64,000 nucleotides of DNA, from positions 20,301 through 84,300 of the forward strand of contig CANFJX010000009.1 in assembly GCA_947447665.1 (NCBI GenBank), in the 5' to 3' direction. Below the pieces are notes generated by a model, which saw only the letters and a program-made list of their open reading frames with translations, did no database searches and was not told the origin of the DNA. Positions within the stretch are counted from its first letter, which is position 1. Each line of letters opens with the position of its first letter. A program made the translations under genes and the position numbers. Positions 25,784 through 33,072 of this stretch are shown here, piece after piece. This stretch comes from Bacteriovoracaceae bacterium (GTDB lineage Bacteria > Bdellovibrionota > UBA1018).

Positions 25784-26980
25784 ATGCAAACGCAGTCGTT
25801 CAAGAAGTCCTCGAACCCCCCTGGCTGGAGCTCGAGAGTGATTGTTATAGGAGATGGATGGTCTGCCCTGGGAAGTGTAGCGTTTCTAGTTACGGCAGGT
25901 GTCGAGGTAGTTTGGTTAGCAGGCTCTGGTGCGAGACTTCTCGCTCCCACGGTCGCTTTGAATCACTCCGGTGGCTCGCAGGTCTGGTGGGAGTTGGGCA
26001 AGAAGTTTCAGCCCGACTTGAGTGAACCTCAGATGGGCGCATTTGTGAAAGAGTTTCGCAACAAAGCTTTCAGAGATCCCGCTTGGTATAAAGCACCCTC
26101 CATGGATGCTCGAAAAGAGGTGATCGAGGAAGTGCTTTGGGAGCCTGAGCAGCGATGGGTCGCTCCCACGGAGTTCCGGTTTTCGCTTCCAATTCTCGAT
26201 CTAGAGGATCAAATCCGTGCGCAACTCACCTCGGACCGGTATCCGAATTTAACTCGACTCCAGGGTCTGCCGATTCAGTCTTTGTTGACGGAGAAGAAAG
26301 ACGGCGAAATACAAACTGTGGCCGGAGTCATCTTGGGCTCTGGTGAGCAGATTCTAGGCTCGCAGGTGATTTATGCTGATCGATGGAGTTTGTTAAGTGG
26401 AATTGAAAATGTACCGAGGCCGTTGAGTTTCCTTCGTAAAAGAGACCCTGTTGGCGTACTTCAGGCGAGTTTTGAACATGACCCCCCACTTCAGGGCGGA
26501 GTTTTACAGACATTTTTTGCGCCAATGCATCGAGAAGCCGGCGACAAGCTCGAGAGGCATCTTTGGGGCTATTTCTCCTCGGACGGTAAGCGAAGTGTCT
26601 GGACACTCTGCCTATCGGGTGAAGAGGCGGAGGACAATCACGAGATCGCAAAGAAATTCAGGAAGCTGAAAAGTGGTCTGGATCGAATTTTTCAAGGAAG
26701 CGATATCATTCCTTCTGGAAAGGAGAGTTTCACTTCGACTTTAGTAGGCGAACAGTTCCGGTTCGAAGAGGAAGCGATCTTTGCTGACGGTGTGCCCCCT
26801 GAAGCTCCCTTTGAAGTGAACCAGCTGGATGGGATTGTTTTCCTTACGGATGCCTACGGACCTGCATACGCCATGCAACAAGTCGGTAGCGGGCTTTTAG
26901 ATTTTGGCCCGAGTGTTCGCGAGCGCGGGGCGGAGCCCCAAGCAGAAGACGTGAATTTGGCTCCCACTCAGACTCTTTAG
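25784..26980 (+). CDS. Putative FAD/NAD(P)-binding protein of unknown function
   Basis: N-terminal Rossmann dinucleotide motif VIVIGDGWSALGSVAF (GxGxxA). Its 3' end overlaps the convergent comF-like gene by 84 nt. Confidence 0.5.
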   Translation: MQTQSFKKSSNPPGWSSRVIVIGDGWSALGSVAFLVTAGVEVVWLAGSGARLLAPTVALNHSGGSQVWWELGKKFQPDLSEPQMGAFVKEFRNKAFRDPAWYKAPSMDARKEVIEEVLWEPEQRWVAPTEFRFSLPILDLEDQIRAQLTSDRYPNLTRLQGLPIQSLLTEKKDGEIQTVAGVILGSGEQILGSQVIYADRWSLLSGIENVPRPLSFLRKRDPVGVLQASFEHDPPLQGGVLQTFFAPMHREAGDKLERHLWGYFSSDGKRSVWTLCLSGEEAEDNHEIAKKFRKLKSGLDRIFQGSDIIPSGKESFTSTLVGEQFRFEEEAIFADGVPPEAPFEVNQLDGIVFLTDAYGPAYAMQQVGSGLLDFGPSVRERGAEPQAEDVNLAPTQTL

Positions 26981-27622
26981 AGCTTGGGCTGCCTGTCGCA
27001 GCGTATGCCCCGTGGTAAAGAAGTCATCGATGAGAAGAATGTTGGAGGGGAGCTGGATATTTTTCGACAGCTCTAAATTCGGTTCAAATCGAATGGGATT
27101 CTCTAGTCTTTCCTTCAGGCTGAGTTCGGCTTGGCGTTTGATCGATGCTACTCGAGGGGTCGAGAGAAGGAGCTGAAGAATAGGCAGTTTCGTCTCAGAA
27201 CTAATCCACTCCGCAATTTTTAGGGAACGACTCCCGCGCATTTGCCACGAGCGTGAGAATCTTTGAGGGATTGGCACGATCGCCTCAATACCGAGGTCGA
27301 TCCATTTTACAAAATGCTCAGGGTCCGATTTTAGGATTCTACGATCAAAAATCGATCCACGGTGAAGCTTCCAGCGCTTTAAAACCGCGTAGCCATGCCC
27401 AAGGAGGATGTACCTTGCTGAGTAGGATTGAATCAGGGAAGTGTCATTCCAGGGTCGTAGGCATTGCTCGTTGAGGTGAGTTGGGCAAATCGGACTGCCG
27501 CAATGCTTGCACAGGGGCGGGCAGGGTACTAGGCTATCCTGACAGATAGAGCAAAGCGGGAACGCGCCCAGTTCATTGAGTGACTGTTTGCAGCCAATAC
27601 ATTTGAATAGCCAATGAATCAT
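26897..27622 (-). CDS. comF: ComF-family phosphoribosyltransferase-domain protein
   Basis: N-terminal Cys-rich Zn-finger region CIGCKQS..CSICQDS..CKHCGSP. C-terminal PRTase motif ILLIDDFFTTGHTLRQA. Confidence 0.7.
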   Translation of the reverse strand: MIHWLFKCIGCKQSLNELGAFPLCSICQDSLVPCPPLCKHCGSPICPTHLNEQCLRPWNDTSLIQSYSARYILLGHGYAVLKRWKLHRGSIFDRRILKSDPEHFVKWIDLGIEAIVPIPQRFSRSWQMRGSRSLKIAEWISSETKLPILQLLLSTPRVASIKRQAELSLKERLENPIRFEPNLELSKNIQLPSNILLIDDFFTTGHTLRQAAQALKSLSGSQIHVFCLGLRPALANTRAKI

Positions 27623-27680
27623 GATCTAGTTGCAATGAAAGACCAGTGCCAGTGAACGAGGTGGAGCTTACTTTTTTAGG

Positions 27681-28613
27681 TCAAGGAATTCCTAGTAAAG
27701 CCCTTGACGAAGCTTCCTGGTTGCGAACCTGGGAGGTGAGTTGGGCAATAGAATTAAATAATTTCTTTTTGATCTCAGCTAGAAAGAGCTGGTTTACGAC
27801 CTCCGGTTCTGCCGATGGGAGATGATTCATGACCTGAATCTTAAGGAGATCGTTTCGAGTGTAAAAAACTGATTTTTGAGCTAAGTATTGATAGACGGCT
27901 GATAGGTCAGAAATTCCAGGATCGCTGCTCCAGTCCAAAGTCGAATAATTGCCTAGATTCATTAGAGCGTTAGCAGCGGAAAAAACTTCCATTAGAAGTG
28001 GTGTCGTTTCTTCGTAGTAGCGAGAGTAAGAGATAGGTGAGCGATTATGCCGGGTCCTCAGTTCTACTCGAACCCCTCCTCTTCTCCATAGCGTCTGAAT
28101 AAAGCCAAAACTTCTTACTGACTTCCCGGTATTGCCGCTCATGGTTTCTTTTTGTGCGACTACTGGAGTCGAAACTAGTTGAAGAAGTGCCTCTGAAAGC
28201 CATCGGTCCGCCCACTGGAGGTTTTGCTCAGTTGGGGGAAAGTAAGGGGTCGGAATATTTTCAAGATAACTGATTTCGTAGCCCCCATAAATGCTACCCA
28301 AAGAGGCATAAAGTTTTGACAGTTTAAGTGCCATCTCCTGGGAAAAGGTAATCTTTGATTGGTAAGTTATTTTGATTAGGCGATTTAAGTTCGACACTTC
28401 AGCATCGAATGCATTGATTTTATTTTGACAGCTGGAATATTCAGAAGAATCGGAAATAGACGAGAAGCAAGTTTGCGAAATAGAAGACTTAAAGTCCTGA
28501 AAGATTCGGTTGATTTCTATATCGATTGGATTTGCGAATACTGGAGTTAACTGAAGTTCTAAAGTGGCTAAAACTAATGAAAGTATCAACTTGTATTTCG
28601 TATTGTTTTTCAT
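27681..28613 (-). CDS. Secreted hypothetical protein (low-GC gene)
   Basis: I trimmed it to Met15, with CAT at 28611-28613, which gives the signal peptide MKNNTKYKLILSLVLATLELQLTPVFA. The longer form to 28655 is possible. The 5' third is 25-38% GC by hand count. Confidence 0.5.
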   Translation of the reverse strand: MKNNTKYKLILSLVLATLELQLTPVFANPIDIEINRIFQDFKSSISQTCFSSISDSSEYSSCQNKINAFDAEVSNLNRLIKITYQSKITFSQEMALKLSKLYASLGSIYGGYEISYLENIPTPYFPPTEQNLQWADRWLSEALLQLVSTPVVAQKETMSGNTGKSVRSFGFIQTLWRRGGVRVELRTRHNRSPISYSRYYEETTPLLMEVFSAANALMNLGNYSTLDWSSDPGISDLSAVYQYLAQKSVFYTRNDLLKIQVMNHLPSAEPEVVNQLFLAEIKKKLFNSIAQLTSQVRNQEASSRALLGIP

Positions 28614-28732
28614 AACAATTTTTGCACCTTCTAACACAAAATTTAATGGTTTCAAAGTTCATTATAGTGGCTGAATTCATGTGTCAATTGGGACCCATTA
28701 TTTTATCAATTTAAATAATATATATTTAGAGA

Positions 28733-29236
28733 ATGATGAAAATTAGGAACCCCGATAGGGCAGCGCTCTTGGTTTGTTGCAGGACGTTTGCAGTGGGTAT
28801 TTTACTGTTTCTTGCTGTTGGATTCGTACTTGAGCGTGAGGTCAATGCCTGGGGCTTATTTGGGCGGTCTAGTGCGTCCCAGAGTGGGTCGCCACCTAGA
28901 GGCTGGTTGGGACGGGTGAAGCGAAGTATTTTTGGTAAGCCTAAGCCTAAGGTGGCGCCGCAACCTCCCGTGAAGAGTCCGGAGCAGGCATTGCAAAATG
29001 CCAAAAAAATAGCCGAAGAAGCAAAAAAATCCCACCAAGGATCTATTGAGCGTCTGAGATTGAGAAAAGCTGATCTTGCAGCGAAAAAAACCGCAATCAG
29101 CCCTAGAAGCCGAGGAGCGGCACGAAATAATGTTCCACAGTTTAAGATTAATCAGCTTCTCTCAAAGCCTAATCCTACCGGTGAGGATCTAAAAATCTTG
29201 AATCGATCTCTCCCTCGTGCTCCGACTACTCGCTGA
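28733..29236 (+). CDS. Membrane-anchored basic hypothetical protein
   Basis: A single TM segment LLVCCRTFAVGILLFLAVGFVL is followed by a Lys/Arg/Pro-rich tail. I recognise no family. Confidence 0.45.
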   Translation: MMKIRNPDRAALLVCCRTFAVGILLFLAVGFVLEREVNAWGLFGRSSASQSGSPPRGWLGRVKRSIFGKPKPKVAPQPPVKSPEQALQNAKKIAEEAKKSHQGSIERLRLRKADLAAKKTAISPRSRGAARNNVPQFKINQLLSKPNPTGEDLKILNRSLPRAPTTR

Positions 29237-29247
29237 TTCCTTGGTTC

Positions 29248-30345
29248 TTAAAGTCGCGTGCGACTCATGCTTTGTTCTCGAACTCCTCTTCGAGTGAGAC
29301 CGTAGATCAAGATTTCCTGTCGGTGATAGGCGAGCTGCGCTGCTTTGACGCGGGTCATACCCATTGCTTTGACGTGGTCGATGAAGTACGGAATTTCGTC
29401 TGCGAATTTCCATTGATTGAGTTTAACGGTGAGTAGCATGCCATGGAGTGAGTCTTTCATCCGAGCCGCCAGGCGATCCACGGCATAGAGAGAAAGGTTG
29501 GGCTCCACATTCATGTCGAGGACAATCCACTGGACTGAATCAGGAAGTTCTTCGCGTAAAATTTGGTTTACCGGCCGTTGGACGTGTTTAAACTCAGGGT
29601 GGCTCATGACAATAGGATCCATCGCTGCCGGATCAATTCCGATGACTTTGAGTCCGCGTTGAAGCAGAGCGTAGCTCGCCCCTCCGGGAGCGCTACCGAT
29701 CTCCACTGCGATATCTCCCTTTCGAATCGGTGCGTTGGACCAAATCAGGCTATTTTCGAGTTTGAGATAAGCTCGTGATGGGGCCTGGAGGGGGAGAAGA
29801 AGAGGTGGTCGTCCGCCTGGGTGAGGTGAGTGAGCAGCAGAGTAGGTCAAGGCGCCAAAGGCAAACTTACCCGGATCGAGGGCGATCAATTGAATGACCC
29901 AGTCGCCCTCTGTAGGAAGTTGGTTTTTGTGCAAAAGTAATCCGTCTTGCGCTTGGTCTCTGAGTTGCGATTCGACCTTACCCAAGAGCGCCCCCGGGAT
30001 AAAGCCAAGGGGCTCCTCCCCTGACAGATGCAGGTCACGCTCCCAGGCGTGGAGGTGAATTTTTCGGGCCGGATCTTGATCCTTGAGAGTGTGAGCGAGC
30101 TCGAGGACTCTGCCCAGCTCGCCTTCTCCCAACGTTCCTAAGGAAATGCCGTAAGCTCGAGCAAAGACGGAGTTTAAGGTAAAATCGAAGGGAATCATTC
30201 CGTTCAGACTCTTGAAGGTGACATAGCCCGGGCGCGAAAAAGCAAACCTGAGTTCAGGATGGTTTTTGGCAATCTCCTTTTTTAGAGCAGGCTCAGCGCC
30301 GATCTGACAGACTGTGAAAATAAATTCCGATTTAAATTCGATCAT
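29248..30345 (-). CDS. rlmM: 23S rRNA 2'-O-ribose methyltransferase RlmM-like (THUMP-like N-domain plus FtsJ-like SAM fold)
   Basis: 365 aa, close to the ~366 aa I recall for E. coli RlmM. SAM motif AVEIGSAPGGASYALLQRG and downstream IVLDMNVEP, both RlmM-like. Confidence 0.65.
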   Translation of the reverse strand: MIEFKSEFIFTVCQIGAEPALKKEIAKNHPELRFAFSRPGYVTFKSLNGMIPFDFTLNSVFARAYGISLGTLGEGELGRVLELAHTLKDQDPARKIHLHAWERDLHLSGEEPLGFIPGALLGKVESQLRDQAQDGLLLHKNQLPTEGDWVIQLIALDPGKFAFGALTYSAAHSPHPGGRPPLLLPLQAPSRAYLKLENSLIWSNAPIRKGDIAVEIGSAPGGASYALLQRGLKVIGIDPAAMDPIVMSHPEFKHVQRPVNQILREELPDSVQWIVLDMNVEPNLSLYAVDRLAARMKDSLHGMLLTVKLNQWKFADEIPYFIDHVKAMGMTRVKAAQLAYHRQEILIYGLTRRGVREQSMSRTRL

Positions 30346-30366
30346 ATAAATATTTTCTTGAGTGTT

Positions 30367-31779
30367 TTACCGGACCATCTCGACTCTGAACTTCCGTCCC
30401 TTGATGCGGCCGTCTCTCAATCTTTGAAGTGCGACAGCAGCGAGAGGTTTCGAGATCGCAACGTAGGAGAAACGGTCATGAATTTCGATTTTTCCAATAT
30501 CTGCTCCTTGGAATCCTCCAGCATCACCGGTGAGGGCGCCCAGCAAATCTCCTGGTCTCACTTTGTCTTTGCGACCTCCTGAGACAAAAAGAGTTGCCAT
30601 GGCTGCTTCTTGGTTGACGCAATTCTTGAACTGATCAAGGTCAAGTTGGCCCACCTGAGCTAGAGTTTTCTCTTGAATCTGAACCCCAGTATAAGCTTCG
30701 ATAGTTTTCAGCTTTGACTTTTGCCGGGCAGTAACGAGCGAGACGGCTACGCCTTTTTTTCCTGCGCGACCAGTTCGTCCGATTCGGTGAACGTAGATTT
30801 CGGGCTGAAGTGGGAGGTCAAAGTTATAGACCGCATCAAGATTTTCGACATCGATTCCTCGCGCAGCCACATCGGTCGCAATGAGGAGGCGTGTGCTTCG
30901 ATTTCTAAATTTAGCCATGACGCGATCTCGCTCCGGCTGCTCCAGATCGCCATGAAGGCATCCACTGCTGATGCCTAATTGCGGAAAGGCACGACCCAAC
31001 TCAATGACCGTCGCTTTGAGATTGCAGAAAATGATGGCAGACTCGGGCTGACTTTGCTGGATAATCCAGATTAAGCCGTTCAGTTTGACTTCGGGTTCGG
31101 CTTGATAAAAAATCTGCCGAATATTTAAAGGTTGAGCTGCGTCGTCCTCCAGTGTGACTCGCACTGGATTGTTTTGATAGGCTCGGCTCATAGATTCAAT
31201 TGTTTTTGGAAACGTTGCGGAGAAAAATACCGTTTGACGGGATTTTGGAATCGCATCCAAAATCTGCTCCATATCGTCTTGAAATCCCATGTCGAGCATT
31301 CGGTCTGCTTCGTCGAGTACGAGGGTTTCTGCTTGGCTTAGGTCGATCGACTTACGCCGGATGTGGTCAAGGACGCGACCCGGAGTTCCGACTACGATAT
31401 GGACTCCTTTTTCTAAAGCAGTGAGCTGAGGATAAATAGGTTGGCCGCCGGAAATGATCAGAACTTGGAGTCCTGATTGTTTACGGCCGAGGCGTCTGAT
31501 CTCTCGAGCGACTTGGGTGCAGAGTTCGCGGGTTGGGCAAAGAATCAATGCTTGAATATGGCGTTGCGACAGATTAAGTCGATTCAGAATGGGGAGCGAG
31601 AATGCTGCTGTTTTGCCGCTTCCTGTTTTGGATTGACCCACTAAGTCCCGTCCCTCTAGTAGGTGCGGAATACTCTGAGCTTGAATGGGAGTCATTTGGT
31701 TGAAGCCTAGTTCTTGGACGACTTCAATGAGGGTTTTTGAGAGCGGCAGCGTATTAAAATCAAATTGGGTGGGTTTCAA
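30367..31779 (-). CDS. dbpA: ATP-dependent DEAD-box RNA helicase DbpA (with C-terminal DbpA RNA-binding domain)
   Basis: Motifs: Q-motif TPIQ, GQSKTGSGKTAAF, VLDEADRML, FSAT, HRIGRTGRAG. The C-terminal DbpA-type RBD is FVSGGRKDKVRPGDLLGALTGDAG..IGKIEI. Confidence 0.8.
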   Translation of the reverse strand: MKPTQFDFNTLPLSKTLIEVVQELGFNQMTPIQAQSIPHLLEGRDLVGQSKTGSGKTAAFSLPILNRLNLSQRHIQALILCPTRELCTQVAREIRRLGRKQSGLQVLIISGGQPIYPQLTALEKGVHIVVGTPGRVLDHIRRKSIDLSQAETLVLDEADRMLDMGFQDDMEQILDAIPKSRQTVFFSATFPKTIESMSRAYQNNPVRVTLEDDAAQPLNIRQIFYQAEPEVKLNGLIWIIQQSQPESAIIFCNLKATVIELGRAFPQLGISSGCLHGDLEQPERDRVMAKFRNRSTRLLIATDVAARGIDVENLDAVYNFDLPLQPEIYVHRIGRTGRAGKKGVAVSLVTARQKSKLKTIEAYTGVQIQEKTLAQVGQLDLDQFKNCVNQEAAMATLFVSGGRKDKVRPGDLLGALTGDAGGFQGADIGKIEIHDRFSYVAISKPLAAVALQRLRDGRIKGRKFRVEMVR

Positions 31780-31811
31780 GGTATTCTCCGGAGCGGGACT
31801 TTATCATAGTT

Positions 31812-32975
31812 TTAGATATTGGGTGAGCGAGATTTTTTACCCATGAAAATATGAACCGAATAGAGCTCGATTTGTCGTAAGTGTTTGAAAAACAGCCAGG
31901 GGACATGCTCCTCGTTCGCTTCAATTTTAAACCCAGTCTGTTCATAGAGCCATTTTACGGCGCGAGCTGAGTCATGAATATCCTTAGGTAAAAGCTTACG
32001 TAGTTTCTTTGCGACAGCCTCATGCCAGATGTAGGGGCAGCTTTGAATTGCGATTCCGCCCTCTTTCAAGAGAGAGTGTTGAATTTTTGGGAGTTCTTGG
32101 GGAGAGTCAAGCATATCGATTGTGTTGAGTGCTATGCAAAGATCAGCGCCTCCTTCACGCAAAGGGAGAGAGTCTAAGTCGCCGACGATCCAGTCAACTT
32201 GCCCGCTCGTGTTCGTCTCGACCGGAATGGATACTTCGCGGGAAAGAGGTCCCTGAAGCAGGTCTCCCGGCACGCGAAAACTGGATCGATCGGGCACCCC
32301 TAAGCCGAGGTGTCGGGCCATTGAAATACTTGCAAATGATCCGTCGACCCCTAAGTAAGAACTGATAAAGGGCTTGAGCTGTCGATACAGCCCGCCGACG
32401 CCGCATCCAAGTTCGATCACTTGCATGGGGTTCTGCGTCTTGGCCTTAGTTGAAATCCAATCCTCGATCTTCGCGAAGGGACCGCAATCCCAATAGTTTC
32501 TGACCCAGGCATCGATCCAGGGGCTAGGCTCACCAGATAGGGGTTGCCACCAGGAGGGGCCCGATCCTGTTGCTGGAGCGCCCTTCGCTCGCAAAAAATG
32601 ATTCATCAAGTAGAGCGCATTCACTCGCTCGGCCTCTAAGTCCTCTTCGATGTGCTCAGATTCGATCTCATCACGAGCCTCTAAAAACTCCCTGCGATAT
32701 TCCTTTGGGATATCATCGATTTTTACGCGCTTTGAGATCCCCTTCACATGGCTGAGGAGGTAGCTCCGCAGGTCGTCTACCAAAACAGCCACCCCCTCCA
32801 AAATTGGGTAATGGGTAGTGCATGAGGGGCATTCCAGCGAGCCTGAGCGGATCTCAAAAACTTCGCTGCCTACGCGCGTCTGGATCTTGCAATGGAGTTT
32901 TAGCGGACTTAAGCAGCGGGATCGCCCCTTTTTTCTGCGAGGACATCGAAGACTAGACAGCGTCGTATTCAGCAT
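31812..32975 (-). CDS. Class I SAM methyltransferase with N-terminal Trm112-like zinc-ribbon
   Basis: I trimmed it to Met94, with CAT at 32973-32975, because the upstream extension overlaps the divergent gene. Motifs: LECPSCTTHYPILEGVAVLVDD (Trm112-like) and SAM motif I VIELGCGVGGLYRQL. Confidence 0.6.
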   Translation of the reverse strand: MLNTTLSSLRCPRRKKGRSRCLSPLKLHCKIQTRVGSEVFEIRSGSLECPSCTTHYPILEGVAVLVDDLRSYLLSHVKGISKRVKIDDIPKEYRREFLEARDEIESEHIEEDLEAERVNALYLMNHFLRAKGAPATGSGPSWWQPLSGEPSPWIDAWVRNYWDCGPFAKIEDWISTKAKTQNPMQVIELGCGVGGLYRQLKPFISSYLGVDGSFASISMARHLGLGVPDRSSFRVPGDLLQGPLSREVSIPVETNTSGQVDWIVGDLDSLPLREGGADLCIALNTIDMLDSPQELPKIQHSLLKEGGIAIQSCPYIWHEAVAKKLRKLLPKDIHDSARAVKWLYEQTGFKIEANEEHVPWLFFKHLRQIELYSVHIFMGKKSRSPNI

Positions 32976-33072
32976 GGCGCGACTATACTCGGGTTTGAGA
33001 GAAATTAAATCGAAAATTGTTGAAAAAATAGGCCAACTTGTGTCATGTTTCTGTTTTTTGGAGAGGACCTTT

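Noticed and set aside
32818-33072. N-terminal 85 codons of the 902-aa ORF-track entry
   Set aside because: This extension would overlap the divergent methyltransferase gene and its promoter. A GTG with a good RBS at 33073 gives a signal peptide. The alternative ATG at 32974 would overlap the other gene's start codon.
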